Counted from the first letter of the stretch, positions 40,827-54,909 are shown. The stretch is DNA of 64,000 bases from Eledone cirrhosa (GCA_964016885.1 OZ024759.1:6882001-6946000), one strand, 5' to 3'. The notes: generated from the letters alone by a model not told the origin. Made by a program: numbers and translations.

Positions 40827-42438
40827 CAGTGCCCCGCAAAAGTTTACAACACATTAGGAAAAATGCGGTTTTAGGTATTTTTAATAAAGTTAGGGTAATG
40901 AAAATTTAACTACTGATAGAACATATAATGAGGCATTTAATGATACAATCATACTTTTTTAAAATAACAAGGAAATAACTCATGAAGAAAAATCAATATT
41001 TTTATAACGCAAAAGTTTACAACACATTTTATATTTATCGCTTTTTTTCAAGAAAATTCTTAAATTTTCAGATTTAAAATTCAGTAGAATGTTCTAGATT
41101 AGGTTTAAGGTAACTTCTAAGGACTATTAAAAACATTACGTCATTATTTGTCTGACAACCATCCTGTAAACATTGACAACCATCCTGTAAATATTGACAA
41201 TATGGGGAAAAATAAACTGATTGATCAAGACCTCCGTAAAAGCATTGTAGACCTTCATACAAATGGTGTTGGTTATAGAAAGATATCTTGTCAGTTAAAT
41301 GTGCCATTGAGTTCAGTTGGTACTATAATTCGTCACTGGAAATCTCATCATTCCATCTGTCCTCTAATTAGTTCTGGTTGTCCTAGAAAGATAACGGAAC
41401 GTGCAGCTCGGTTATTGATGAGAAAGGTTGGCAACGAACCCCGGTGTACTTTTTAAAATCTTCAGGATGACCTAGAAGAAAGTGGAGTAAAAGTGAGCAC
41501 AGATACAATTAGTCGTTCACTTCGTCGATATAATATCTTCTCGAGGTCTCCAAGGAAAACACCACTTCTTACGAGGAAACACGTTCTTCGTCGATTAAAC
41601 TTTGCAAATGATCTCATCAAACCTGCGTCATTTTGGGAAGACATATTTTAGTCGGACGAAACAAAAATTGAACTTTTTGGTCGAAATGCTGTGGCAAAAG
41701 TCTGGAGAAAGTAAAGTACTGAATATTCGCCGAAGAATACTATTCCAACTGTAAAATTTGGAGGTGGATCAATCATGGTCTGGGGTTGCTTTAGTGCCAC
41801 AGGTGTAGGAAATATTGAAATAATAGAAGGAAGAATGGGTGGCGCTTATTATAGAGGTATTTTGCAAAGGAATTTACATCAAAGTCCACATTCTCTCAGC
41901 TTAAAGCCAGGTTGGTTTTTTCAACAAGATAACGATCCAAAGCATACTGCAAAGCTAACACAATCTTGGTTAAGTACGAATGGAATAAATGTTCTAAAAT
42001 GGCCAAGTCAGTCTCCAGATCTTAACCCGATCGAAAATTTGTGGAGAGAACTGAAACTCAGAATTCAAAAAAGGAAACCCCAAAATATCCCTGAACTAAA
42101 GAAAATTTGTTGTGAAGAACGGAAAAATATTAGCCAAGAAACATGCAAGAAGTTTGTAGGAGGCTACTCCAAACGCCTACAGGCTATAATTAGCAACAAA
42201 GGTTACGCTACGAAATATTAAGAGATGATTTAATAAATGTGTTGTAAACTTTTGCGTTATAAAAATATTGATTTTTCTTAATGAGTTATTTCCTTGTTAT
42301 TTTTTTTTAAATATGATTGTATCATTAAATGCCTCATTATATGTTCTATCAGTAGTTAAATTTTCATTACCCTAACTTTATTAAAAATACCTAAAACCAC
42401 ACTTTTCCTAATGTGTTGTAAACTTTTGCGGGGCACTG
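40827..42438 (+). mobile_element. Tc1 (DD34E) transposon, 1612 bp, ~200-bp IR/DR-type TIRs, TA target duplication
   Basis: Ends TA-cagtgccccgcaaaagtttacaacac and gtgttgtaaacttttgcggggcactg-TA; DR cgcaaaagtttacaacacatt at both ends of each TIR. Confidence 0.95.
41202..42221 (+). pseudogene. Tc1 transposase, 339 codons in one frame with premature stops (~41454, ~41648, ~41712)
   Basis: MGKNKLID..., GCPRKI, SDETKIELFG, GGGSIMVWGCF, QQDNDPKH then 34 aa to SPDLNPIENLW, GYATKY. Confidence 0.92.
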
Positions 42439-42570
42439 TATATATACACACACACACATACATGCAAGTATCTATGTATGTATAATTTTAAACAACAGTA
42501 TCTATGTATGGACATATGTATAGGTATGTGTTGCTATAGGAGTCGATCGAGGCAGTAGTAGGGGTGGTGA

Positions 42571-43345
42571 GTGTGTAGGGGGTGGTTTACCTTGGGCTCG
42601 GTGTGGCGGGGCCACTGTCCCTATAGCTTGAGGGAAGTTCCCATCCCAATGTGTTGTTATTGTCCATATAGCTTGAGGAAGGTCCCGTCCCTGAGGTGTC
42701 TACATGTATCGAAGAAGTCGGTCCTGGGGTTTATTGGGTTGCTTCCACCGCTGAGTATCTCGGGGGTCTCGCTCAGACATAGTTTGCAGATGCCAGATCC
42801 CCCTTTATCGGGTGGTACTTTCCTGATTTTGGACCAGGCCAGAGAGTACGGGGTCCTGTCTAGCTTGAGCTTCCACATCAGTTCGGAAAGAGCCATACTT
42901 TTCCTTTTGTCCTCCCTATTAAAGGAATGGCGATGGTTATACCATCGGTCTTTGAAGCTCGTTGATGTGGGTTTTTTTACTCTACATCCGTATATTAAGT
43001 TCTTCCTTAGGCATTCATTGCTAAGGGGGCATAATGTGGGGTTTCTGCAGTTGCAGGAGGTGGTCGACCCCTGAGTGCCTAATTTGGGGTTCCCCTTGTG
43101 TATTATAGGGTGGTATTCTCCTGGGCTCGGTGGGGGCTCCCTGGGTCTGTTTGGGTTTCCAGGGTGGGTACTGTGTCCACGCTTCCTTCCCTCCACATGA
43201 CTCTACTGGGTGCTTATATTACCAGCTTCTGGTTGAGTGTAGTTTCTAAGTCTACCCCTATTGATACTAGCTATGTGGTGGGCCACATTTCGCGTGGTAG
43301 AATACGAGAACTTCACAGTGTGTCTGTTGAAGATTTTGTGGTATC
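42571..43345 (-). mobile_element. PLE GIY-YIG fragment related to 12914-14272
   Basis: SCNCRNPTLCPLSNEC...FKDRWYNHRHSFNR...CKLCLSE. Confidence 0.88.
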
Positions 43346-43362
43346 TATGGTTCCTCATACAC

Positions 43363-43398
<36 letters not shown>

Positions 43399-43429
43399 TT
43401 TTTTTGTTTTTGTTTTTTTTTATGGGCTA

Positions 43430-44030
43430 ATGCTGGCTGTCAAATTATTTTCCTGAAACGCTGCCTAAAAAACGATGTCATCCCCAACACCATCAGTCAC
43501 ATCCGCTTACCAGTAAGCCTACGTACACCAGCTTTCCAAAACACCACTAACCGCATACATCGCACGTGTATTAAACAGATCCTGAGACATCTCAACCGCC
43601 AATTACACATCCATATTCCACTATACGAACATAATACACTGCCAATACAGAGGAACAAGGCAACAACACACGCACACACACACACACTCAAGCGAGACAA
43701 CAACACACACACAGTAACATTCACCAAACAGGCAGAGAATGGACTGACAGCTGGCGCCACCCCGCTCCCACAATTGAAAGAACTACTTCGGCCGCTGACC
43801 TCTGCCTGACCGACCCCATTTCACGCGCTCGCGCGCTCTGCTGAATACCTCTGATATTCAAAACAACGAACAGCGGGGGACACGTTTTGCACCTTTCCGA
43901 GAGACAACCTTCCCCCCACCCCCGGAAATAACCCCCAGTTGTTGGATGTCAATCCGAAACTTATAGGGACAATTAAATTTCTCCCAAGGTAACTCTTTCT
44001 CGTGTTGTTATTTTTATTTTTATCCTTTAC
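43430..44030 (+). mobile_element. Probable PLE remnant: N-terminal motif plus degenerate HHR at 43933-43968
   Basis: FLKRCLKNDVIP; ccc-CAGTTGT-tggat(gtca)atcc-GAAA-ctta-TA-ggg. Confidence 0.5.
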
Positions 44031-44604
44031 GCTCTTTGCTTCATTCCTCTACACGTTACAGTCTTATACACGCCACGCATCTCAACGTACGCCCAGTTAC
44101 ATCTCTCTCTCCACCACCGGATTTACCCATCTGCATTGTCGAGGCTTCCAAACGACTTAAAGAAATTTACCGTATATATATATATTTATGTATATACAAT
44201 ATATATATATATATATATATACATAAATGTATATATATATATATATAAAGGAAACGAAAAATCAGTGATGCATCTGGACTTAGTTTATTTCGTGTTACAA
44301 ATGTTTCGCCGGCATGTAACTCGAGTCATGGTCCTTGTATGGATCTGGCTGATTCTACTTCTGCGGGTTCTTTCAGACACGGGTGTTACGTCCGAAGCAA
44401 AATTTGCTCCGGACGTAACACCCTCAAGTGGGCGACCGGCTAAAGTGGAAGATGCTAGATGGTCGGTCGTCCTCGGGTCTATGATTTTCAGCCCATGGAT
44501 TCATACGGAACCCGGTTATTGAAATGATCATAGTATAATAAACCTTTCAAGGATTTACACAAGTCTAGCCTCCTGTTATTTTATTATAATATATATATAT
44601 ATAT

Positions 44605-45185
44605 ATATTTCGTTTCTGAATTTGTTTAGAAAGATTCTTTATCTGAAATCGTGTGTTGAAACCGATATTGTTATACTTTGGGAGGGTCATGTTGCCAATA
44701 AGAAACACACGCACCAGTTGCTTTCACTTCAATTTATTATATATTTATAAATTTATAAATTTACAAATTTACAAACTTATAAATTTCTGGTTGGTTGGTT
44801 GGTTGGTTCCACAACCAGATAGTTGTTTATATATAGTCATAGTCCTTTCGTCACACACTCTGTGACCTCTTCAGTGACTGGGGATTCCTTTCTTTGTTTC
44901 TGTGCCTTTCCTTTCTTCTATCCTACGCCATTTTGTTTCTGTGTGTGTGTGTGTGTTGTGTGCTCAGTTTGCGCATGCGCCACATCCGGGTGTATGTGTG
45001 TGTGTGTGTTCATTTATCTATTTGTTTATTTATTTATTTATTTATTGTTGGTTGGTTGTTTGTTCTATGTGTGTGTGTGTGTTTTCATTTTGTCCTGTGT
45101 GTGTTTTCATTTTGTCCTTAATTGTAAGTTGTGATGTTGCTGTTCCACTCATATTTTCTATTTAATTTTGGTTTTAATTCTTAAA
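44605..45185 (-). mobile_element. 3' UTR copy of the 20643 PLE family
   Basis: Near-identical to 20645-21095. Confidence 0.88.
44836..44878 (-). ncRNA. Hammerhead ribozyme
   Basis: Reverse complement: gtca-CTGAAGA-ggtcacagagtgtgtgac-GAAA-ggac-TA-tgac. Confidence 0.85.
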
Positions 45186-45394
45186 TATATATATATACAT
45201 AAATGTATACTCTTTTACTCTTTTACCTGTTTCAGCCATCCGGCTGAGGCCATGCTGGGGCACCGCCCTGTATATATATATATTTATGTATATACAGTAT
45301 ATATATATGTAAGTTATTCCAGGTTGAATCGGAAGTAACCACAGTAAGTAAGGTACTCAATACAAAGCAGAGTATAGAAGTTTTAATATAGATG

Positions 45395-45445
45395 AGATTC
45401 TACAGGACTAGAACTGTTTCATTCTTTAGAAATCATCAGGAATCT
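45395..45445 (-). ncRNA. Hammerhead ribozyme with full stem III
   Basis: Reverse complement: agattc-CTGATGA-t-ttct(aa)agaa-t-GAAA-cag(ttctagtc)ctg-TA-gaatct. Confidence 0.85.
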
Positions 45446-45549
45446 GGCTTTCCAAGATAAATGTTGTGGTATTTATATATTTTCATGTAGTAGGAGAGGG
45501 TGGGGAGTGGGATGGGATATAAATACCACAACATTTATCTTGAAAAGCC

Positions 45550-45600
45550 AGATTCCTGATGATTTCTAAAGAATGAAACAGTTCTATTCCTGTAAAATCT
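45550..45600 (+). ncRNA. Hammerhead ribozyme (mirror copy, one stem-I mismatch)
   Basis: agattc-CTGATGA...GAAA-cag...ctg-TA-aaatct. Confidence 0.75.
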
Positions 45601-45900
45601 CATCTATATTAAGACAGTATATATATATATATAAATGGAAAAAATGAAACGAAATTTCATTTCTCACTCTTAGTACGGCTGTTACTTAAATATAAGTATG
45701 TATACGTACATACATATATATATACAGACGTACAGTAGTATATATATATACATACATGCACACATATATATATGTACGTATGGATTTACCGAACATTTAT
45801 TATAATGCCCGGTTTGTTTGTAAACAAACAAACATCCCGAATTAAACCGTACAGTGTTAAACAACCATCGTTGCCCTTTTGTTCAACACTGACAAAGGAA

Positions 45901-45941
45901 CGATGTACTAGTTTCAAGCTTATTAGCTATCGTCAGCACCG
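45901..45941 (-). ncRNA. Minimal hammerhead ribozyme
   Basis: Reverse complement of cggtg-CTGACGA...GAAA-ctag-TA-catcg. Confidence 0.88.
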
Positions 45942-46479
45942 TATACCTTCCTGCCAGATGATTGAACGTCTGAAAGTATATACTTTCCTTATGCATATTA
46001 ACGGCTGAGCAGCCTAATTTGCATATCGAGTGATAATAATACGCTTGAAACTAGTACATCGTTCCTTTGTCAGTTGAAACTAGTACAGCGTTCCTTTGTC
46101 AGTGTTGAACAAAAGGGCAACGATGGTTGCTTAACACTGTACGGCTTAATTTGGGATGTTTATTTACAAACACACCGAGCATTATAATAAATGTTCGGTA
46201 AATTCATACGTACATATATATATATGTGTGCATGTATGTATATATATACATACTACTGTATGTCTGTATACATATATGTATGTACGTATACATACTTATA
46301 TTTAAATAACAGCCGTACTAAGAGTGAGAAATGAAATTTCGTTTCATTTTTTCCATTTATCGTTTTCGGTGCACCCGGCCGATTAACTCACTCGATATGC
46401 AAATTAGGCTGCTCAGCCGTTAATATGCATAAGGAAAGTATATACTTTCAGACGTTCAATCATCTGGCAGGAAGGCATA

Positions 46480-46520
46480 CGGTGCTGACGATAGCTAATA
46501 AGCTTGAAACTAGTACATCG
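46480..46520 (+). ncRNA. Minimal hammerhead ribozyme
   Basis: cggtg-CTGACGA-tagctaataagctt-GAAA-ctag-TA-catcg. Confidence 0.9.
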
Positions 46521-46911
46521 TTCCTTTGTCAGTGTTGAACAAAAGGGCAACGATGGTTGTTTAACACTGTACGGTTTAATTCGGGATGTTTGTTTGTTTA
46601 CAAACAAACCGGGCATTATAATAAATGTTCGGTAAATCCATACGTACATATATATATGTGTGCATGTATGTATATATATACATACTACTGTATGTCTGTA
46701 TACATATATGTATGTACGTATACATACTTATATTTAAATAACAGCCGTACTAAGAGTGAGAAATGAAATTTCGTTTCATTTTTTCCATTTATCGTTTTCG
46801 GTGCACCCGGCCGATTAACTCACTCGATATGCAAATTAGGCTGCTCAGCCGTTAATATGCATAAGGAAAGTATATACTTTCAGACGTTCAATCATCTGGC
46901 AGGAAGGCATA

Positions 46912-46952
46912 CGGTGCTGACGATAGCTAATAAGCTTGAAACTAGTACATCG
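46912..46952 (+). ncRNA. Minimal hammerhead ribozyme (next tandem monomer)
   Basis: Identical to 46480-46520, 432 bp downstream. Confidence 0.9.
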
Positions 46953-47166
46953 TTCCTTTGTCAGTGTTGAACAAAAGGGCAACGATGGTTGTTTAACACT
47001 GTACGGTTTAATTCGGGATGTTTGTTTGTTTACAAACAAACCGGGCATTATAATAAATGTTCGGTAAATCCATACGTACATATATATATGTGTGCATGTA
47101 TGTATATATATACATACATACTACTGTACGTCTATATACATATATGTATGTACGTATACATACTTA

Positions 47167-47198
<32 letters not shown>

Positions 47199-47206
47199 CA
47201 TAAATG

Positions 47207-47238
<32 letters not shown>

Positions 47239-47500
47239 CATAAATGTATATATATATATATATATACTGTATATATATATATATGTGTATATATGTGTGT
47301 GTGTGTGTAAAATCATTCATGTTGAAAAAGGATCCTATTTATGCCGTCATTTAAACTTAAGGGTAAATGACGGAGGTTGACGAAGAGAGAGAGGAGGGGA
47401 GGGGGTAATATGAAGAGTGGAGTGAGTGTGGGAAAGGGGGAGATAAATGTGTAAGTGTCTCAATTTTATATTTCTCATCAACACTACTTAAGATTACCAA

Positions 47501-47587
<87 letters not shown>

Positions 47588-47591
<4 letters not shown>

Positions 47592-48270
47592 CATACAGAA
47601 TGGGGTCATACCAAATGACTGGCGTAGCAGCATCATCATTAACTGCTACAAGGGTAAAAAAGATACTCTAGATATGGGAAACTAGAGGCATTAAATTAGT
47701 AGACCAGGTCATGAAGGTCACAGAAAGAGTTATAGCGCAACTAATCAGAGAGAGAATTGATCTAGATGAAATGCAGTTCGGTTTGTGTCAGATAAAAGTA
47801 CCACGGACACTATTTTCCTTGTACGACGACTACAGGAGAAGTACCTAGCTAAAGGTAAACCCCACTACTTAGCTTTTGTTGACTTGGAGAAAGCCTTTGA
47901 CAGAGACCCCGCTCCATTATCTGGTGGGCTTTTAGAAAACTAGGTGTAGATGAATGGCTTGTGAGAGCTATACAAGCCATGTATAAAGAAACAGTCAGCA
48001 AGGTTAGAATTAACAATGAATATAGTGAAGAGTTTAGCGTAAAAGTTGGTGTTCATCAAGGCTCTGTCCTTAGCCCCCTCCTATTTATTATTGCCCTTCA
48101 GGCTATAACAGGGGTGTTAGGAAGGGCATCCAGCCATAGAAAACCTGCCAGATAGTCCTATATGAGCGAGACACGGTCACCCGAACAATCTTGCCTCAAG
48201 TGGGACAATTCCCGTCTAACCCATGCTAGCGTGGAAGATAGACGTTAAACGATGATGGTGATGATGATGA
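47588..48270 (+). mobile_element. Internally deleted RTE-type LINE (RT piece joined directly to the 3' UTR at ~48110)
   Basis: Highly similar to 15838-16240, then to 17477-17615. Confidence 0.88.
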
Positions 48271-48338
48271 TATATATATGCATACATATATATATACAAT
48301 ATATTAACAAATGGAAACTATATTTATAAAACCATATT

Positions 48339-48404
48339 TATTTTATTATACATATTTCAAGGGTCACCAAAGCAAATTATGGTGCGCTTTCATCAGATAA
48401 AATA
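48339..48404 (-). ncRNA. Hammerhead ribozyme
   Basis: Reverse complement: tattttat-CTGATGA-aagcgcacca...tggtgaccctt-GAAA-tatgta-TA-ataaaata. Confidence 0.82.
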
Positions 48405-48556
48405 CAATACAGATTAGTTTTGTAAATAAATATTGACATACCCTGAAAAAAGACAACCTTAACGGCTGGAGCTTCCTGGATAGCTTCCAGGAAGCTCCAA
48501 CCGTTAAGGTTGTCTTTTTTCCGGGTATGTCAATATTTATTTATAAAACAAATCTG

Positions 48557-48622
48557 TATTGTATCTGATGAAAGCGCACCATAATTTGCTTTGGTGACCC
48601 TTGAAATATGTATAATAAAATA
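48557..48622 (+). ncRNA. Hammerhead ribozyme (mirror copy)
   Basis: tattgtat-CTGATGA-...-GAAA-tatgta-TA-ataaaata. Confidence 0.78.
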
Positions 48623-48754
48623 AATATGGTTTTATAAATATAGTTTCCATTTGTTAATATATCGTATATTTACTCCACTAAACTGTTGAGTGCTTTATAT
48701 CAGTTATAAAAAAAATGTTTAAGCTTGTTGAATCCCAACAAATTAAATATAACC

Positions 48755-48791
<37 letters not shown>

Positions 48792-49211
48792 CCGGCACAC
48801 CTACACACAAACACATATATATCTAAACTATAATAAAGTAATGAGTGCGGGACTGTGCACGGTTTATAATTTTTTATTCCATTAGTAAAATAAGTTGGAT
48901 TACTTTGAATAAATAACGAATGAATATTACATAATTTATCTACTAAATTTCGTTATTCTTGATTAAATATAAATAATTTTGTTGCTTGTTTAAAGATTCA
49001 CTTCTTTAACATTTTCAAATGTCAACACTTCCGGTTAGCGATCGCTTAAATAAACATTCATATATTTCCGTCACTAATTTTCTCATAATGCAGTTTATAT
49101 ATAATATCGTCTTTTTTAATGTATCATGGATTATGTTACTGATTACATAAGACAGTGTAACACAGTCTTCGTTCGATTTCTGTGTATGTTGTCAATTACG
49201 ATTTTATTTGA

Positions 49212-52200
49212 TGTATCATATCTACATGTATATATACTTGTGTATAATATCAATATACACACTGCACATGTATCATATCTACATGTATATATACCTGCGT
49301 ATAATATCAATATACACACTACACATGTATCATATCAACATGTATATATACCTGCGTATAATATCAATATACACACTACACATGTATCACATCTACATGT
49401 ATATATACCTGCGTATAATATCAATATACACACTACACATGTATCATATCTACATGTATATATACCTGCGTATAATATCAATATACACACTGCACATGTA
49501 TCATATCTACATGTATATATACTTGCGTATAATATCAATATACACACTACACATGTATCATATCCACATGTATATATATACTTGTGTATAATATAAATAT
49601 ACACACTGCACATGTATCATATCTACATGTATATATACTTGCGTATAATATCAATATACACACTGCACATGTATCATATCTACATGTATATATACTTGCG
49701 TATAATATCAATATACACACTGCACATGTATCATATCTACATGTATATATACTTGCGTATAATATCAATATACACACTGCACATGTATCATATCTACATG
49801 TATATATACCTGCGTATAATATCAATATACACACTACACATGTATCATATCTACATGTATATATACTTGCGTATAATATCAATATACACACTGCACATGT
49901 ATCATATCTACATGTATATATACTTGCGTATAATATCAATATACACACTGCACATGTATCATATCTACATGTATATATACTTGCGTATAATATCAATATA
50001 CACACTGCACATGTATCATATCTACATGTATATATACCTGCGTATAATATCAATATACACACTACACATGTATCATATCTACATGTATATATACTTGCGT
50101 ATAATATCAATATACACACTGCACATGTATCATATCTACATGTATATATACTTGCGTATAATATCAATATACACACTACACATGTATCATATCTACATGT
50201 ATATATATACTTGCGTATAATATCAATATACACACTGCACATGTATCATATCTACATGTATATATACTTGCGTATAATATCAATATACACACTGCACATG
50301 TATCATATCTACATGTATATATACTTGCGTATAATATCAATATACACACTGCACATGTATCATATCTACATGTATATATACCTGCGTATAATATATATAT
50401 ACACACTACACATGTATCATATCTACATGTATATATACTTGCGTATAATATCAATATACACACTGCACATGTATCATATCTACATGTATATATACTTGCG
50501 TATAATATCAATATACACACTACACATGTATCATATCTACATGTATATATACTTGCGTATAATATCAATATACACACTGCACATGTATCATATCTACATG
50601 TATATATACTTGCGTATAATATCAATATACACACTGCACATGTATCATATCTACATGTATATATACCTGCGTATAATATCAATATACACTCTACACATGT
50701 ATCATATCTACATGTATATATACTTGCGTATAATATCAATATACACACTGCACATGTATCATATCTACATGTATATATACTTGCGTATAATATCAATATA
50801 CACACTACACATGTATCATATCTACATGTATATATATACTTGTGTATAATATCAATATACACACTACACATGTATCATATCTACATGTATATATACCTGC
50901 GTATAATATCAATATACACACTACACATGTATCATATCTACATGTATATATACTTGCGTATAATATCAATATACATACTGCACATGTATCATATCTACAT
51001 GTATATATACCTGCGTATAATATCAATATACACACTACACATGTATCATATCTACATGTATATATACTTGCGTATAATATCAATATACACACTGCACATG
51101 TATCATATCTACATGTATATATACTTGCGTATAATATCAATATACACACTACACATGTATCATATCTACATGTATATATATACTTGTGTATAATATCAAT
51201 ATACACACTACACATGTATCATATCTACATGTATATATACTTGCGTATAATATCAATATACACACTGCACATGTATCATATCTACATGTATATATACTTG
51301 CGTATAATATCAATATACACACTGCACATGTATCATATCTACATGTATATATACCTGCGTATAATATCAATATACACACTACATATGTATCATATCTACA
51401 TGTATATATACCTGCGTATAATATCAATATACACACTGCACATGTATCATATCTACATGTATATATACCTGCGTATAATATCAATATACACACTACACAT
51501 GTATCATATCTACATGTATATATACTTGCGTATAATATCAATATACACACTACACATGTATCATATCTACATGTATATATACCTGCGTATAATATCAATA
51601 TACACTCTACACATGTATCATATCTACATGTATATATACCTGCGTATAATATCAATATACACACTACACATGTATCTTATCTACATGTATATATACCTTC
51701 GTATAATATCAATATACACACTGCACATGTATCATATCTACATGTATATATACCTGCGTATAATATCAATATACACACTGCACATGTATCATATCTACAT
51801 GTATATATACTTGCGTATAATATCAATATACACACTACACATGTATCATATCTACATGTATATATATACTTGTGTATAATATCAATATACACACTACACA
51901 TGTATCATATCTACATGTAAATATATACTTGCGTATAATATCAATATACACACTGCACATGTATCATATCTACATGTATATATACTTGCGTATAATATCA
52001 ATATACACACTGCACATGTATCATATCTACATGTATATATACCTGCGTATAATATCAATATACGCACTACACATGTATCATATCTACATGTATATATACC
52101 TGCGTATAATATCAATATACACACTACACATGTATCATATCTACATGTATATATACTTGCGTATAATATCAATATACACACTGCACATGTATCATATCTA

Positions 52201-53503
52201 CATGTATATATACCTGCGTATAATATCAATATACACACTACACATGTATCATATCTACATGTATATATACTTGCGTATAATATCAATATACACACTGCAC
52301 ATGTATCATATCTACATGTATATATACTTGCGTATAATATCAATATACACACTACACATGTATCATATCTACATGTATATATATACTTGTGTATAATATC
52401 AATATACACACTACACATGTATCATATCTACATGTATATATACCTGCGTATAATATCAATATACACACTGCACATGTATCATATCTACATGTATATATAC
52501 TTGCGTATAATATCAATATACACACTACACATGTATCATATCTACATGTATATATACCTGCGTATAATATCAATATACACACTACACATGTATCATATCT
52601 ACATGTATATATACCTGCGTATAATATCAATATACACACTACACATGTATCATATTTACATGTATATATACCTGCGTATAATATCAATATACACACTACA
52701 CATGTATCATATCTACATGTATATATACCTGCGTATAATATCAATATACACACTACACATGTATCATATCTACATGTATATATACCTGCGTATAATATCA
52801 ATATACACACTACACATGTATCATATCTACATGTATATATACTTGCGTATAATATCAATATACACACTACACATGTATCATATCTACATGTATATATACT
52901 TGCGTATAATATCAATATACACACTACACATGTATCATATCTACATGTATATATACCTGCGTATAATATCAATATACACACTACACATGTATCATATCTA
53001 CATGTATATATACCTGCGTATAATATCAATATACACACTACACATGTATCATATCTACATGTATATATACTTGCGTATAATATCAATATACACACTGCAC
53101 ATGTATCATATCTACATGTATATATACCTGCGTATAATATCAATATACACACTACACATGTATCATATCTACATGTATATATACCTGCGTATAATATCAA
53201 TATACACACTACACATGTATCATATCTACATGTATATATACCTGCGTATAATATCAATATACACACTGCACATGTATCATATCTACATGTATATATACCT
53301 GCGTATAATATGAATATACACACTACACATGTATCATATCTACATGTATATATACCTGCGTATAATATCAATATACACACTACACATGTATCATATCTAC
53401 ATGTATATATATACCTGCGTATAATATCAATATACACACTACACATGTATCATATCTACATGTATATATACCTGCGTATAATATCAATATACACACTACA
53501 CAT
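49212..53503. repeat. 57-bp minisatellite, ~75 copies
   Basis: Unit catgtatcatatctacatgtatatatacYtgcgtataatatcaatatacacactRca; 19-aa period in the ORF track. Confidence 0.97.
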
Positions 53504-53524
53504 GTTAGTATATATAATCATTCA

Positions 53525-53810
53525 TGCTGAAAAAGGATCCTCCAGAATGTGGGGGTGATGAGGGAAGAACTCTGTACCGCTTGAGGCCAGAGAGGTGGCG
53601 CTGATAGAGAAGATCTGAAGTGTGGAGAGAGCGGTTGACAGGTCTGGGTGTAAGGAGATCACAGGGAGGAAGAGAAGGGGTTAGAGTCAGATCCAGGGAA
53701 CAGGGCCCGAGGATAGGTAGAGGAAATGGCTGGACCAGTTTAGGACCCTACTAGGAGAGCGGCCCTCGACAACCCAGAACACTGGGGAGATCAAGCGGCT
53801 GTCTGAGGAA
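53525..53810 (+). mobile_element. Decayed internal fragment of the 1442-4735 RTE family
   Basis: Reverse-complement similar to ~2960-3280 (gaaatggctggaccagtttaggaccctactaggagag). Confidence 0.75.
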
Positions 53811-53917
53811 CACACACGCACACACACACACACACACACACATACACACATACATACATATATATATATATATAATTATTATTATGTACACCTGAGCACT
53901 GTACTACAACGTATATA

Positions 53918-54895
53918 TATATATCTATATACATCCAGCGTTATATACATACATATCTATATACATCCAGCGTTATATACATACATATCTATATACATCC
54001 AGCGTTATATACATACATATCTATATACATCCAGCGTTATATACATACATATCTATATACATCCAGCGTTATATACATACATATCTATATACATCCAGCG
54101 TTATATACATACATATCTATATACATCCAGCGTTATATACATACATATCTATATACATCCAGCGTTATATACATACATATCTATATACATCCAGCGTTAT
54201 ATACATACATATCTATATACATCCAGCGTTATATACATACATATCTATATACATCCAGCGTTATATACATACATATCTATATACATGCAGCGTTATATAC
54301 ATACATATCTATATACATCCAGCGTTATATACATACATATCTATATACATGCAGCGTTATATACATACATATCTATATACATCCAGCGTTATATACATAC
54401 ATATCTATATACATCCAGCGTTATATACATACATATCTATATACATCCAGCGTTATATACATACATATCTATATACATCCAGCGTTATATACATACATAT
54501 CTATATACATCCAGCGTTATATACATACATATCTATATACATCCAGCGTTATATACATACATATCTATATACATCCAGCGTTATATACATACATATCTAT
54601 ATACATCCAGCGTTATATACATACATATCTATATACATCCAGCGTTATATACATACATATCTATATACATCCAGCGTTATATACATACATATCTATATAC
54701 ATCCAGCGTTATATACATACATATCTATATACATCCAGCGTTATATACATACATATCTATATACATCCAGCGTTATATACATACATATCTATATACATCC
54801 AGCGTTATATACATACATATCTATATACATCCAGCGTTATATACATACATATCTATATACATCCAGCGTTATATACATACATATCTATATACATG
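53918..54895. repeat. 32-bp minisatellite, ~30 near-identical copies
   Basis: Unit atatctatatacatccagcgttatatacatac. Confidence 0.97.
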
Positions 54896-54909
54896 CAAAC
54901 GATGAGCAG

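Larger units (their letters stand above)
45383..45612. repeat. Fold-back (~95-bp arms), one HHR per arm
   Basis: 45383-45476 mirrors 45518-45612. Confidence 0.88.
45635..47165. mobile_element. Retrozyme-like array: one inverted monomer plus ~2.5 tandem 432-bp monomers with HHRs
   Basis: Minus copy 45635-46032; plus copies 46043-47165 with a 432-bp period (identical ORFs at 46413 and 46845). Confidence 0.88.
48300..48662. repeat. Fold-back (~180-bp arms, 5-nt loop at 48481-48485), one HHR per arm
   Basis: Centre ggagcttcctgga-tagct-tccaggaagctcc; same family as 540-720. Confidence 0.9.
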
